Assembly: GCA_964565875.1 (NCBI GenBank)
Contig: CAZMGP010000020.1
Coordinates: 2,332-66,331 of the forward strand
Direction: 5' to 3'
DNA length: 64,000 nucleotides
DNA from: an uncultured Enterobacteriaceae bacterium
Lineage (GTDB): Bacteria > Pseudomonadota > Gammaproteobacteria > Burkholderiales > SG8-39
This document shows positions 9,186 through 19,201 of the stretch, piece by piece. A program made the position numbers and the translations under genes. The number at the start of each line of letters is the position of its first letter. Position 1 is the stretch's first letter. Under the pieces are notes generated by a model. That model was not told the origin of the DNA. It made no database searches and saw only the letters and a program-made list of their open reading frames with translations.

Positions 9186-10519
9186 CGCGCGAGTGCAGAC
9201 TCCAAAGCAAGCCCCACGGCCAGCAGCCGCCTATCCTCGCCCAATTGGCCGACTACCATCAAGCCCACCGGCGCGCTCCCCGCCTCGTGGATGGGAAGGC
9301 TGAGGGCGCAACCGTCGAGGAAGTTGACCACGCTGGTGTTTTGCAGGATCGAAGCGTTAGTCCTGGCGTACAGCCGGTCGTCCCGCTCGAGCGGCGCGAT
9401 GGCGGGGGCCGCCATTACCACCGTGGGCATTAGCAGCGCGTCGTAAGGCGCGGCGATGCGCGCGCTTTCCGCGATCATCGCCCGGCGCTCGGCGAGCACG
9501 CCGATGTAGTCCGCTGCGCCGATGTCGACACCGCGCAAGGCGCGGACTGCGACGCGCGGATCGTATTCGGCGCCGCGCCGCGCGAGCAGCTCGCGGTGAA
9601 CGGCGTAGGCTTCGGCCACGACGATGCCGCCGCTTTGATTGATCTGCGGCAGGCGCTTGAGCGCTTCGAAGCGCACGTCGGACACGGCGGCGCCCGCCTG
9701 CGACAGACGTCCAAGTGCCGCAGCGAATGCCCGCGACACCGCCTCGTCCATGCCTTCGAGGACATAGTCTTGCACCACGCCCAGGCGCAGGCCCTGCAAC
9801 GGCAGCGGCTGCGGCGATTGCGGCGCTTCGCCCGCGAGGATCGCGTCGACCAGGGCGCAGCAGGCAACGCTGCGCGCGATCGGCCCGACGGAATCGAGCG
9901 TAGTGGACAAGGGAAACGCCCCGTCCGTGGGTATGCGCCGTGCAGTCGGCTTGAAACCGACGAGACCGCATAGTGCCGCCGGTATGCGCACCGAACCCCC
10001 GGTGTCGCTGCCCAGACCCATCGCCGCCATGCCGTCGGAGACGGACACCGCCGCCCCCGAGGACGAACCACCGGGAATGCGGCCGGTCGCGCGGTCCCAC
10101 GGATTCTTGGGTGTGCCGTAATGGGGATTGAGGCCGAGGCCGGAAAATGCGAATTCGACCATGTTGGTGCGGCCGACGACGATCGCTCCGGCCTGGCGCA
10201 GCCGCGCCACCGCCTTCGCGTCGACCTTAGCGGGCGCGGCATCGGCAAGCACTTTCGAGCCCGCGCGCGTGATTTCGCCGGCGAGGTCGAACAAATCCTT
10301 CACCGACACCGGAATGCCCGCGAGCGCGCTCGGCACTACGCCGTGCGCGCGCAGTGCATCGCTTGCCTTGGCGGCGGCGAGCGCCGCCGCGCCCTGAGTC
10401 CCCAAAAACACGCGCACGCCCTCGCCCGCCTGGGCGCGCGCCAAGGCTTCTTCCACCAGCGCCTGACTGCTGGTCCTGCCGGCGGCGAGATCCGCCGCGA
10501 GTTCGAGTAAGGGTTTCAT
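9182..10519 (-). CDS. amidase signature family amidohydrolase
   Basis: ORF 9182..10690 trimmed to the MKPLLEL start at 10519 (alternative 10528). Contains the GGSSSGAA amidase signature. Confidence 0.85.
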   Translation of the reverse strand: MKPLLELAADLAAGRTSSQALVEEALARAQAGEGVRVFLGTQGAAALAAAKASDALRAHGVVPSALAGIPVSVKDLFDLAGEITRAGSKVLADAAPAKVDAKAVARLRQAGAIVVGRTNMVEFAFSGLGLNPHYGTPKNPWDRATGRIPGGSSSGAAVSVSDGMAAMGLGSDTGGSVRIPAALCGLVGFKPTARRIPTDGAFPLSTTLDSVGPIARSVACCALVDAILAGEAPQSPQPLPLQGLRLGVVQDYVLEGMDEAVSRAFAAALGRLSQAGAAVSDVRFEALKRLPQINQSGGIVVAEAYAVHRELLARRGAEYDPRVAVRALRGVDIGAADYIGVLAERRAMIAESARIAAPYDALLMPTVVMAAPAIAPLERDDRLYARTNASILQNTSVVNFLDGCALSLPIHEAGSAPVGLMVVGQLGEDRRLLAVGLALESALAR

Positions 10520-10683
10520 GCCCGTCATTTGACCACCATCTGCATCATCGCTAACGTGTAGGGGAAGACGGCCGACGCAAGCTGCTTCGAATTTGCCGCC
10601 ATCTGCGCTTTGGCTGAGCATAGGGAAATCCCCTACACCGCAACGCTGGAACGACCGACGCATCTTTACGGAAGCCCTCGCAC

Positions 10684-11397
10684 TTGTCAATTTCGCTGCA
10701 CGCGCTGCGCATCCTCGGCAGCAAAATCCAACAGGCGTTCTTCGCGCAGGATTGCCTGCTGTGCGCGGCGCCTAGCGGCCGGCACCTGATTTGCGCGGCT
10801 TGCGATGGCGAACTGCCGCGTATTGCGTCGGCTTGCCCGCGCTGCGCGGCCGAAGCTTCACGCGCAGGCGAATGCGGCGCCTGCCTCGTTAGTCCGCCGC
10901 ATTTCGATGCGAGCCTTGCCGCGCTCGCCTATGCCTATCCGGTGGACGCGCTGGTGCAGGCGCTGAAGTACGGCGGCGAACTCGCGCTCGCCGCCTGGTT
11001 TGCGCAGAAGCTCGACGAGCGGCTCGGCGGCGCTAGAGGCGTCGACCTCATTCTGCCCTTGCCGCTGCACCCGTCCCGGCTGGCCAGCCGCGGCTTCAAT
11101 CAGGCGGTCGAAATCGCGAAGCGCTTGTCACGCTTGCGCCGCGTTGCCCTGGATGCGCGTGGCAGCAAGCGGGTGCGCGACACCGCGCCGCAGACCGGCT
11201 TGCCATGGCGCGAGCGCGCATCCAATATGCGCGACGCCTTCGCCTGCGAACGCGATCTCTCGGGCTTGCGCGTCGCCGTGGTCGACGACGTCATGACCAC
11301 CGGGGCGACGCTGGACGAATTTGCGCGCACGCTGAAAGCGAGCGGCGCGGCATGGGTGGAGAACTGGGTCGTCGCCCGCACGCCGCGCGATGTTTAA
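10684..11397 (+). CDS. comF: ComF family protein (phosphoribosyltransferase domain)
   Basis: 237-aa ORF with N-terminal CxxC pairs (CLLCAA, CAAC, CPRC, CGAC) and a C-terminal PRTase motif (VVDDVMTTGAT). The only candidate start is TTG at 10684, so the start is approximate. Confidence 0.8.
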   Translation: MSISLHALRILGSKIQQAFFAQDCLLCAAPSGRHLICAACDGELPRIASACPRCAAEASRAGECGACLVSPPHFDASLAALAYAYPVDALVQALKYGGELALAAWFAQKLDERLGGARGVDLILPLPLHPSRLASRGFNQAVEIAKRLSRLRRVALDARGSKRVRDTAPQTGLPWRERASNMRDAFACERDLSGLRVAVVDDVMTTGATLDEFARTLKASGAAWVENWVVARTPRDV

Positions 11398-11854
11398 CAT
11401 CGTCCTCTATCAGCCGGAGATTCCGCCGAACACCGGCAACATCATCCGCCTCGCGGCCAATACCGGGGCGACGCTGCACTTGGTCGCGCCGCTCGGTTTC
11501 CGCCTCGAGGATCGCGAATTGAAGCGCGCGGGCCTCGATTATCACGAATACGCGGCGCTGGTCGTGCACAAGAACTGGAGCGCAGCCTGCGAGGCCCTGG
11601 CGGGCAAACGCATGTACGCCTTTTCCACGCGTGCACAGCGCCGCTACTGCGACGCCGCATTCCGCCCCGGCGACGCGCTGGTGTTCGGCCCGGAAACCCG
11701 CGGCTTGCCCGCCGACATCCTCGCCGGCTTTGCGGCCGAGCAGTGCCTGCGGCTGCCGCTGCGCCCGGACAACCGCAGCCTGAACCTCTCCAATGCCGTC
11801 GCCGTGGCGGTGTACGAGGCTTGGCGCCAACAGGGATTCGCCGGCAGTGTCTAG
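11390..11854 (+). CDS. trmL: tRNA (cytidine/uridine-2'-O)-methyltransferase TrmL
   Basis: 154-aa SpoU/TrmL sequence (IVLYQPEIPPNTGNIIRL). Confidence 0.9.
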   Translation: MFNIVLYQPEIPPNTGNIIRLAANTGATLHLVAPLGFRLEDRELKRAGLDYHEYAALVVHKNWSAACEALAGKRMYAFSTRAQRRYCDAAFRPGDALVFGPETRGLPADILAGFAAEQCLRLPLRPDNRSLNLSNAVAVAVYEAWRQQGFAGSV

Positions 11855-11860
11855 GCCTGC

Positions 11861-12847
11861 TTAACTTTCGCCTTTGGGATCGCGCGCGAGCAACTGCTCC
11901 ACGGCGTCGCGCGGCGTCGCGCGGCCCGCGAGCACGGCGCAGACAGCGCGCGTGATCGGCATGTCGACGCCTTGCGCCTGCGCACACTTCTCGACGGAAA
12001 AGGCGGTGTGCACGCCTTCGGCCACGTGCCCCAGCTGGTGCAGGATGTCCGCCAGCTTCCCGCCCCGTGCTAGGGCGAGGCCGACGCTGCGGTTGCGCGA
12101 CAGTTCTCCGGTGCAGGTGAGGATGAGATCGCCCGCCCCGGTGAGGCCAGTGAAGGTGTCGCTGCGCCCGCCCAAGCGCACACCGAGGCGCGTGATTTCG
12201 GCGAGTCCCCGGGTGATCAGCGCGGCGCGCGCGTTCGCCCCCAAGCCGAGGCCGTCGGCAATGCCGGTGGCGATCGCCATCACGTTCTTCACCGCGCCGC
12301 CGATCTCCACGCCGACGACATCCGTGGAGAAGTACACCCGCAGCCGCGCCGCATGCAGCGCCCGGGCGGTCGATTCGCAGAAGCTCGGCTCGGTGCTCGC
12401 CAGCGTGAGCGCAGTAGGCAGGCCGCGCGCGACCTCGAGGGCGAAGCTCGGTCCGGAGAGCACGCCATAGCGCGCGCCAGGGGCGAGCGTCTTGGCGGCG
12501 ATCTGATGCGGCAGCTCGGCGCTGTCCGGTTCGAAGCCTTTGCATAGCCAAAGCAATGGCAGGGCGCGCGGCGCGACGCGGACCAACAATTCGCGCAGCG
12601 CCGCGGTAGGCACTGCGAGGAGCAGCAGCTCGGCTTGCGTAAGGGCAGCGTCGAGATCCGCCTCGACGCGCAATGCACGTGGCAGTTCGATTTCGGGGAG
12701 ATAGAGGTGATTGCGGCGCTCGGCCGCGATGGCGCGGCACTGCTCGGCGTCGCGCCCCCAGAGCAGCACCTCATGTCGTCCGGCGAGGCTCGCGGCGATC
12801 GCCGTGCCCCAGGCGCCGGTGCCGAGTACGCTGATCTTCATCGCCAT
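11861..12847 (-). CDS. gpsA: NAD(P)H-dependent glycerol-3-phosphate dehydrogenase
   Basis: 328-aa ORF with the GTGAWGTA Rossmann motif and GpsA-like sequence throughout. Confidence 0.93.
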   Translation of the reverse strand: MAMKISVLGTGAWGTAIAASLAGRHEVLLWGRDAEQCRAIAAERRNHLYLPEIELPRALRVEADLDAALTQAELLLLAVPTAALRELLVRVAPRALPLLWLCKGFEPDSAELPHQIAAKTLAPGARYGVLSGPSFALEVARGLPTALTLASTEPSFCESTARALHAARLRVYFSTDVVGVEIGGAVKNVMAIATGIADGLGLGANARAALITRGLAEITRLGVRLGGRSDTFTGLTGAGDLILTCTGELSRNRSVGLALARGGKLADILHQLGHVAEGVHTAFSVEKCAQAQGVDMPITRAVCAVLAGRATPRDAVEQLLARDPKGES

Positions 12848-12866
12848 GCCGGCGGCCGCGCCAGAG

Positions 12867-13301
12867 CTACAGCCCCCAGACTTGATTCACGCGCAGGTAG
12901 CCGGTCTGGCCGTCGCGGTGCCGCACCTTGACCCAGGGTCCGGTGCCTAGCTCGAGCACTTCCAGCGCCACGCCTTTCTTCACTTGGAACGCGAGCGGCG
13001 CGTTGTCCTCCGCCTTCTCGCGCACGTCCGCCAGCGGCGCCGTGACGATCACGGTGCGGGCGTCGGACAAGGCCTTCTTCTCGACCCAGGCGAGATCGCC
13101 GGCGACATCGCGCACCTTGGTCCAGTTGTCCACCTGGACGATGACCTCGACCGGATAGTATTCACTCGCGACGTAGAGCTTGTTCGCCTTCACCGAGGGC
13201 GCGTCGTACATCGGCGTGGCGGCCTCGGCGATGGAGCGGAATTCTGCTGCCGCCGCGGTCTGGGCGAAGAGCGCAAGCGCGAGGAGGGCGAACGCACGCA
13301 T
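12867..13301 (-). CDS. periplasmic SH3 domain-containing protein
   Basis: 144-aa ORF with a signal peptide (ALFAQTAAA) and two bacterial SH3-like segments. This is the usual neighbour of secB-gpsA. Confidence 0.6.
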   Translation of the reverse strand: MRAFALLALALFAQTAAAAEFRSIAEAATPMYDAPSVKANKLYVASEYYPVEVIVQVDNWTKVRDVAGDLAWVEKKALSDARTVIVTAPLADVREKAEDNAPLAFQVKKGVALEVLELGTGPWVKVRHRDGQTGYLRVNQVWGL

Positions 13302-13311
13302 ACCGGGTATG

Positions 13312-13770
13312 TTAGTGCGCGATTTCGATCTTCGGTGCCGCCTGCTCCTGCTGCAGGCGCTGCATGTAGATCGCGTCGAAGTTCACCGGCGCGAGATAAA
13401 CCGGGGGAAAGCCGGCGCGGCCGACGACGTCCGACACCGCTTCGCGCGCATAGGGGAAGAGGATATTCGGGCAGGCCGTGGCGAACAGCGGCTCGAGGTC
13501 CGATTGCGGTGCATTGCGAATCTGGAAGATGCCGGCCTGCGCCACCTCGACCAGGAACATGGTCTTGTCGCCCGACTTCGCGGTGACCGTGATGGTGAGC
13601 ACGACCTGGTACAGCCCGTCGGCGACGGGCTTGCTTTCGTTATGCAGTTGCACCTCGACTTCCGGCTGCCCACCGGAGAGGAACACGTCTGGCGCGTGCG
13701 GTATTTCCAGCGACAGGTCCTTGATATAGATCTTCTCGATGCCGAATACCGGCTGCTGCTCTTCGCTCAT
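13312..13770 (-). CDS. secB: protein-export chaperone SecB
   Basis: ORF 13312..13887 trimmed to the MSEEQQPVF start at 13770. SecB sequence (IFQIRN, CPNILFPYARE). Confidence 0.92.
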   Translation of the reverse strand: MSEEQQPVFGIEKIYIKDLSLEIPHAPDVFLSGGQPEVEVQLHNESKPVADGLYQVVLTITVTAKSGDKTMFLVEVAQAGIFQIRNAPQSDLEPLFATACPNILFPYAREAVSDVVGRAGFPPVYLAPVNFDAIYMQRLQQEQAAPKIEIAH

Positions 13771-13810
13771 TTGGATTCCAGTCTTGACGTAAATGGGGGT
13801 GTTGCCGGGT

Positions 13811-14074
13811 TCAGCCCTCGCCGCGCAGCAAGGGATCGAGCCCGCCGGCGCGGTCGAGCGCCGCCAGGTCGTCGAAGCCGCCGACATGGACCTCGCCGAT
13901 GTAGATTTGCGGCACGGTGCGCCGACCGGTGCGCTGCGTCATTTCTTCGCGGCGCGCGGGATCGAGGTCGACGCGGATTTTTTCGATGTCGCCGATCCCC
14001 TTGGACTTGAGCAGCATCTCCGCCCGCTGGCAATAGGGGCAGACGCCGGTGCTGTACATGCTTATTTTTGGCAT
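13811..14074 (-). CDS. grxC: glutaredoxin 3
   Basis: 87-aa ORF with the CPYC active site and TVPQIYIG motif. Confidence 0.92.
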   Translation of the reverse strand: MPKISMYSTGVCPYCQRAEMLLKSKGIGDIEKIRVDLDPARREEMTQRTGRRTVPQIYIGEVHVGGFDDLAALDRAGGLDPLLRGEG

Positions 14075-14083
14075 CGGGACGCC

Positions 14084-14491
14084 TTATTTTTGCACCGGAA
14101 GGCCGGCCTGCTGCCAAGCCGTGAAACCGCCGGTGAGGTTGACGACGTTGGTGAAGCCGCGCTTGCGCAGCAGCGTCGCGGCCGTGCTGGAGCGATTGCC
14201 GCTCGCGCAATAAACGATGATCGGTTTCTCCTTGAATTTTTCGTAGTCGGCGAGCCGCGACTCGAGCTGCGACAGCGGCACGCCGCGGGCGTTGAGGATG
14301 TGCGCCTGCGCGTATTCGTTCTGTTCGCGCACATCGAGCAGCAGCGCGTCCTGGCGATTGATCAACTGCGTCGCTTCGACGGTGTTGACGGACGGTCCGC
14401 CTGCACCGCGCCGCAGCATCGGCCAGATGAGCATCGCGCCGCTCACCACGGCGACCGCGACCAAAAAGATGTTGTCGATTACGAATTTCAC
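14084..14491 (-). CDS. rhodanese-like domain protein with N-terminal TM helix
   Basis: ORF 14084..14575 trimmed to GTG at 14491, which is preceded by GGAG 6 nt upstream. Active-site loop CASGNRS. Confidence 0.8.
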   Translation of the reverse strand: MKFVIDNIFLVAVAVVSGAMLIWPMLRRGAGGPSVNTVEATQLINRQDALLLDVREQNEYAQAHILNARGVPLSQLESRLADYEKFKEKPIIVYCASGNRSSTAATLLRKRGFTNVVNLTGGFTAWQQAGLPVQK

Positions 14492-14678
14492 GCCTGCTCC
14501 AAGAAGTTTAGCCGGATCGATGCGAGGCCCGCGCCTGCCGCGCCCTGCGGCTGGTGCATGGCGCTCGTGCCGCACTTAGAAGAATTTCGCCGCCGAAGGC
14601 AGCCCGGCTGCTCTCGCAAAAAGAGGAATATTATAAAATATTCGCACGCTTATCGTACGCTAAATAACAGGGACACCC

Positions 14679-15428
14679 ATGAAGAAAGTGATTCTGCTGA
14701 GGCACGGCGAATCCGTTTGGAACAAGGAAAATCGCTTTACCGGCTGGACCGATGTCGGCCTCTCGGACAAGGGGGTGGAGGAGGCGAAGCGCGCGGGACA
14801 ACTGCTGCGCGACGCCGGCTTCGCCTTCGATCTCGCGCACACTTCGGTGCTCAAGCGCGCCATCAAGACCCTCTGGCTCGCGCTGGAGCAGCTCGATGCG
14901 ATGTGGATTCCGGTGCTGAACTCCTGGCGGCTGAACGAGCGCCACTACGGCGCGCTGCAAGGCCTGAACAAGGCGGAAACAGCGGCGAAGTTCGGCGACG
15001 CGCAGGTGCTCGCCTGGCGCCGCAGCTACGACGTTCCGCCGCCGGCGCTCGCTGCGGACGATGCGCGCTATCCGGGCAACGACCCGCGCTACCGCGGCCT
15101 CGCGGCCGGGCAGCTGCCGCTCACCGAATGCCTGAAGGACACGGTGGCGCGCGTGCTGCCCTACTGGAACGAGGCGATCGCGCCGGACATCCGCGCCGGC
15201 AAGCGCGTGCTCGTTGCCGCGCACGGCAACTCGCTGCGGGCGCTGGTCAAATACCTGGACGGCGTGAGCGACGCCGACATCGTGGGCTTGAACATTCCTA
15301 CCGGCGTGCCACTCGTCTACGAATTGGACGACGCCCTGAAACCGCTGCGCCACTACTATCTCGGCGACGCAGCCGAAGTGGAAAAGGCGATGCAGGCGGT
15401 CGCAAACCAAGGCAAGGCCAAGGCTTGA
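14679..15428 (+). CDS. gpmA: 2,3-bisphosphoglycerate-dependent phosphoglycerate mutase
   Basis: 249-aa ORF with the RHGESVWN catalytic motif and full-length GpmA-like sequence. Confidence 0.95.
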   Translation: MKKVILLRHGESVWNKENRFTGWTDVGLSDKGVEEAKRAGQLLRDAGFAFDLAHTSVLKRAIKTLWLALEQLDAMWIPVLNSWRLNERHYGALQGLNKAETAAKFGDAQVLAWRRSYDVPPPALAADDARYPGNDPRYRGLAAGQLPLTECLKDTVARVLPYWNEAIAPDIRAGKRVLVAAHGNSLRALVKYLDGVSDADIVGLNIPTGVPLVYELDDALKPLRHYYLGDAAEVEKAMQAVANQGKAKA

Positions 15429-16648
15429 TCTTTCCGCCGCGGCCGCTGCAGGCGCTCAAGAAGCTCCTTCCGTTTGGGCGCGCTCTGCGTCTCACCGCGG
15501 CCGCGCCGCTCGCCGCCGCCCTCGCCCTTCTCCCCTCCATCGCGCGGCCGGCCGACAAAGCCGAGCTCGACGCGCTGCGCGGCCGCATCGAGGCGCTGAA
15601 GAAGAACCTGAGCGGCGCCGAGGAAGACCGCTCCGAGGCGAGCGACGCGCTGCGCGAATCGGAACACGGCGTGTCGGAGGCGAACCGCGGCTTGCGTAAC
15701 ATCGGCGCGCAGCAGCGCGCCGTGCAGGGCGATCTCATCCGGGTGGGGGAACAATCGAAGACGCTCGACGCCAGGATCGCCGCACAGCAGCGCCAGTTGG
15801 GGCAGCTGTTGGCGATGCGCTATATCGCCGGCGAACAGGACTATCTGCGGCTCCTGCTCTCCGGGCGCGACCCGAACCAGACCGCGCGCGATCTGCATTA
15901 TTACGGCTACCTGTCGCGCGCGCAGGCGGACTTCATCCGCTCGCTGCGCCAGAACCTGGCGGGGCTCGCCGACCTCGCCAGCCAGGCGCGCGGCAAAAGC
16001 GCCGAATTGGCCGAACTGGAGACGCAGCAGCGCGAGACGCGCAAACAGCTCCTCGCGCAACAGACGGAAAGGCGCAAGGTGCTGGCGAAGCTCGCCACGC
16101 AAATCCGCAGCCAGCGGCGCGAGATCGCCTCCCTGCAGCGCGACGAGACGCGCCTGTCGCGCCTGGTCGAGGAGCTCGGCCGCGTCATCGCTCCGCCCAA
16201 AGGCACCCGGCGCAACGACGCGCTGCCCGAAGCGGGCGGCGACGCCAGCGTGTTCGCCGCGCTCAAGGGCAGGCTGCATTTGCCCACCCGCGGGGAACTT
16301 ATCAATCGCTTCGGCAGTCCACGCTCCGATAGCGGCCTGACCTGGAAGGGCCTATTCATTCGCAGCGCGGCCGGACAGGAGGTGCGCGCGATCGCCGCAG
16401 GGCGCGTGGTGTTCGCGGAATGGATGCGCGGCTTCGGCAATCTGCTGATCATCGACCACGGCCAGGGCTACCTGACCATCTACGGCAACAACGAAGCGCT
16501 GCTCAAACAGGTGGGTGAAACGGTGAAGACGGGCGATGCCGTCGCCACGGTCGGCAACAGCGGCGGCAACCCGGATTCGGGTTTATACTTTGAAATTCGG
16601 CATCAAGGCAGGGCCTTCGATCCGCTTAGCTGGGTGACGTTGAAATAG
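15425..16648 (+). CDS. murein hydrolase activator EnvC-like M23 peptidase
   Basis: C-terminal part of the long ORF 13793..16648. It has a signal-like segment, coiled-coil repeats and a C-terminal LytM/M23 domain ([15 protein letters not shown]). There is no in-frame ATG, so the TTG at 15425 overlapping the gpmA stop is taken as an approximate start. Confidence 0.75.
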   Translation: MIFPPRPLQALKKLLPFGRALRLTAAAPLAAALALLPSIARPADKAELDALRGRIEALKKNLSGAEEDRSEASDALRESEHGVSEANRGLRNIGAQQRAVQGDLIRVGEQSKTLDARIAAQQRQLGQLLAMRYIAGEQDYLRLLLSGRDPNQTARDLHYYGYLSRAQADFIRSLRQNLAGLADLASQARGKSAELAELETQQRETRKQLLAQQTERRKVLAKLATQIRSQRREIASLQRDETRLSRLVEELGRVIAPPKGTRRNDALPEAGGDASVFAALKGRLHLPTRGELINRFGSPRSDSGLTWKGLFIRSAAGQEVRAIAAGRVVFAEWMRGFGNLLIIDHGQGYLTIYGNNEALLKQVGETVKTGDAVATVGNSGGNPDSGLYFEIRHQGRAFDPLSWVTLK

Positions 16649-16655
16649 GGAGGAA

Positions 16656-18050
16656 GTGAAGCAGCTCATGAAAAGCAAGTTTCAGAAGGTCGGCCTCGTC
16701 CTGCTGGGCGCACTGGCGGGAGTCCTGCTTTCGCTCAACTTCTCCGCCATCGCGCAAAAGGAAGCCGCGCGTTCGCCCCTCCCCGTCGAAGAACTGCGCT
16801 CTTTCGCCGAAGTGTTCGGCGCGATCAAGAGCAATTACGTCGAACCGGTCGAGGACAAGAAGCTCATTTCCGAGGCGATCAACGGCATGCTCACCGGGCT
16901 CGATCCGCACTCGGCTTATCTGGACCGCGACGCTTACCGCGAATTGCAGGTCGGCACCCAGGGCGAGTTCGGCGGACTCGGCATCGAGGTCGGCATGGAA
17001 GACGGTTTCGTGCGCGTCGTCTCGCCGATCGAAGACACGCCCGCGTTTCGCGCCGGCCTCAAGACCGGCGACCTGATCATCAAGCTGGACGAAACGCCGG
17101 TGAAGGGCATGAGCCTGAACGACGCGGTCAAACGCATGCGCGGCAAGCCGAAGACCTCGATCAAGCTCACCGTGCTGCGAAAAGGGGAGAGCAAGCCGCT
17201 GGAGTTCACCCTGGTGCGGGACGTCATCAAGGTGCAGAGCGTCAAGTCCAAGCTGATCGAACCCGGCTACGGCTACTTGCGCGTGGTGCAGTTCCAGGAA
17301 CATTCCGGCGAGAACCTGGTGCAGCATCTGAACAACTTGTATAAGGGCGGCAAGCTGAAGGGCCTGGTGCTCGATCTGCGCAATGATCCGGGCGGGCTGT
17401 TGAACGGCGCCGTGGGCATTTCTGCGGCGTTCCTGCCGCCGAAGTCGGTGGTGGTCACCACCGACGGCCGTACCGAAGATTCCAAGCGCAAATACATCGC
17501 CAGCACCGAGGACTATCTGCGCGGCGGGCACGACGATTACCTGAAGAACCTGCCGGCCGGCATCAAGAACGTACCCATGGTCGTGCTGGTGAACGGCGGC
17601 TCGGCGTCGGCGTCGGAAATCGTGGCCGGCGCGCTGCAGGACCACAAGCGAGCCATCGTCATGGGCACGCAGACCTTCGGCAAGGGTTCGGTGCAGACGA
17701 TCATGCCGCTCGGCAACAACACCGCCATCAAGCTGACCACCGCGCGCTATTACACCCCGAGCGGCCGCTCGATCCAGGCGAAGGGCATCACGCCGGACAT
17801 CGTCGTCGACGAGCCGGGCATCGACAATCGCGCCTGGCTGCGCGAAGCGGACCTGGACAAGCACCTCACCAACGATAAGGACAAGTCGGCCGATTCCGCC
17901 AAGACCAAGGCGACGCCGACCGATGCCAAGTCGAAGGAAAACGGCGAGGAAGCACAGTCGAAGCCGATCGAATTCGGCTCCGCCAAGGACTACCAGCTGG
18001 TGCAGGCGATCAATATGCTGAAGGGCCTGCAGATCATCCAGAAGAACTGA
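16656..18050 (+). CDS. ctpA: carboxy-terminal processing protease (S41)
   Basis: 464-aa ORF with a PDZ domain plus an S41 domain (DLRNDPGG, GGSASASEIVAGALQD). The start is GTG 16656 or ATG 16668. Confidence 0.9.
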   Translation: MKQLMKSKFQKVGLVLLGALAGVLLSLNFSAIAQKEAARSPLPVEELRSFAEVFGAIKSNYVEPVEDKKLISEAINGMLTGLDPHSAYLDRDAYRELQVGTQGEFGGLGIEVGMEDGFVRVVSPIEDTPAFRAGLKTGDLIIKLDETPVKGMSLNDAVKRMRGKPKTSIKLTVLRKGESKPLEFTLVRDVIKVQSVKSKLIEPGYGYLRVVQFQEHSGENLVQHLNNLYKGGKLKGLVLDLRNDPGGLLNGAVGISAAFLPPKSVVVTTDGRTEDSKRKYIASTEDYLRGGHDDYLKNLPAGIKNVPMVVLVNGGSASASEIVAGALQDHKRAIVMGTQTFGKGSVQTIMPLGNNTAIKLTTARYYTPSGRSIQAKGITPDIVVDEPGIDNRAWLREADLDKHLTNDKDKSADSAKTKATPTDAKSKENGEEAQSKPIEFGSAKDYQLVQAINMLKGLQIIQKN

Positions 18051-18052
18051 GC

Positions 18053-18082
18053 GGCAGCGGCGCTCGCCGCTGCCTTCTCTTC
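18053..18082 (+). terminator. rho-independent terminator after ctpA
   Basis: GGCAGCGGCG-CT-CGCCGCTGCC hairpin followed by TTCTCTTC. Confidence 0.5.
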
Positions 18083-18098
18083 GCGCCAGGCGCATCGG

Positions 18099-18878
18099 AT
18101 GTCGATGAACGACGAGCAGCTGCTGCGCTACAGCCGGCACATCCTGCTGACTGAGCTGGGCATCGAGGGCCAGGAAAAAGTGCTCGCGGGCCATGCGTTG
18201 GTGATCGGCGCGGGCGGCCTGGGCTCGCCGGCGGCCATGTATCTCGCCTCGGGCGGCGTCGGGCATATCACGCTGGCCGACGGCGACGCGGTCGACCTCA
18301 CCAATCTGCAGCGGCAGATATTGCACAGCACCGCGGCCGTCGGCCGCGCCAAGGCCTATTCGGGCAAGGACACGCTTGCCTTGCTCAATCCCGAAGTCGA
18401 GGTGACGGCGGTGCCGGAGCGGTTGGAAGGCGAGCGCCTCGCCGAACTGGTCGCGGCTGCAGATGTGGTGCTCGACTGCTGCGACAACTTCGCCACGCGC
18501 CATGCCGTCAATCGCGCCTGCGTCAGACACCGCAAGCCGTTGGTATCGGGCGCTGCGGTGCGTTTCGACGGCCAGGTGAGTGTGTTCGACCTGCGCTCTG
18601 ACGATGCGCCTTGCTACAACTGCCTGTTCCCGGAAGACACCGAGCCCGAAGACATGCGCTGCGCCGTGATGGGCGTGTTCGCGCCGCTCACCGGCATCAT
18701 CGGCACGGTGCAGGCCGCAGAAGCCTTGAAGCTGCTCGCGGGAACGGGAGAAAGCCTGAATGGGCGCCTGCTGCTGCTCGACAGCCTTGCCATGGAATGG
18801 CGCTCGGTCGGACTGCGCCGCGATCCGGAATGCAAGCTATGCGCGGCGCTGCGGCCGCCGCGCAAGCAGGAGCGCTAG
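18099..18878 (+). CDS. moeB: molybdopterin-synthase adenylyltransferase MoeB / ThiF family
   Basis: 259-aa ORF with LLRYSRHILL, the GAGGLGSP nucleotide loop and a CxxC zinc motif (CYNC). Confidence 0.88.
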   Translation: MSMNDEQLLRYSRHILLTELGIEGQEKVLAGHALVIGAGGLGSPAAMYLASGGVGHITLADGDAVDLTNLQRQILHSTAAVGRAKAYSGKDTLALLNPEVEVTAVPERLEGERLAELVAAADVVLDCCDNFATRHAVNRACVRHRKPLVSGAAVRFDGQVSVFDLRSDDAPCYNCLFPEDTEPEDMRCAVMGVFAPLTGIIGTVQAAEALKLLAGTGESLNGRLLLLDSLAMEWRSVGLRRDPECKLCAALRPPRKQER

Positions 18879-18885
18879 GCTCAGC

Positions 18886-19201
18886 CTAAGAGCAGCGGTG
18901 CCTGTTTCTGCCACAGCTCAGTCGGCAGGCGCTTGAAGCCGCTCTTCGAGGTTAACGAAAAAGGGGGGCGACGCCCCCTTTTAGAATCCCCCATATCAGG
19001 CGGCTTCGTTAGCCCAAGAGCAGCGGCGCTTGCTTCGGCCACAGTTCCGTCGGCAGCCGCTTGAAGCCGCTCTTCGAGGTTAACGAAAAAGGGGGCGACG
19101 CCCCCTTTTAGAATCCCCCATATCAGGCGGCTCCGCTAACCCAACAGCAGCGGCGCTTGCTTCGGCCACAGTTCCGTCGGCAAGCGCTTGAAGCCGCTCT
19201 T
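18886..19201. repeat. tandem ~127/128-bp repeat (2 full units plus the authentic slmA 3' end)
   Basis: CAGCGG(C/T)G register points at 18893, 19021 and 19148. Each unit is a copy of the last 22 slmA codons including the stop, followed by a 61-bp spacer carrying the hairpin AAAAGGGGGCGACGCCCCCTTTT. Confidence 0.9.

Noticed and set aside
9182-10690. N-terminal extensions suggested by the ORF track for several genes. Examples: amidase to 10690, rlmI to 29716, xerC to 30339, hslU to 24146, secB to 13887, SCO1 to 964, metK from 34341, cysI from 47208.
   Set aside because: The extensions are Arg/Pro/Ala-rich, overlap neighbouring genes and precede internal starts that match the conserved N-termini and RBS positions. 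The downstream starts were used instead.
13793-15424. The N-terminal ~540 codons of the 951-aa ORF 13793..16648 +.
   Set aside because: Only the last ~408 codons (15425-16648) look like a protein (EnvC/M23). The upstream part overlaps grxC, the rhodanese gene and gpmA in other frames or strands and is low-complexity.
18886-19201. Tandem repeat considered as a CRISPR array.
   Set aside because: The period is ~127 bp. The 'spacers' are the same sequence in each unit, the repeat is derived from the slmA coding end, and there are no cas genes in the window.
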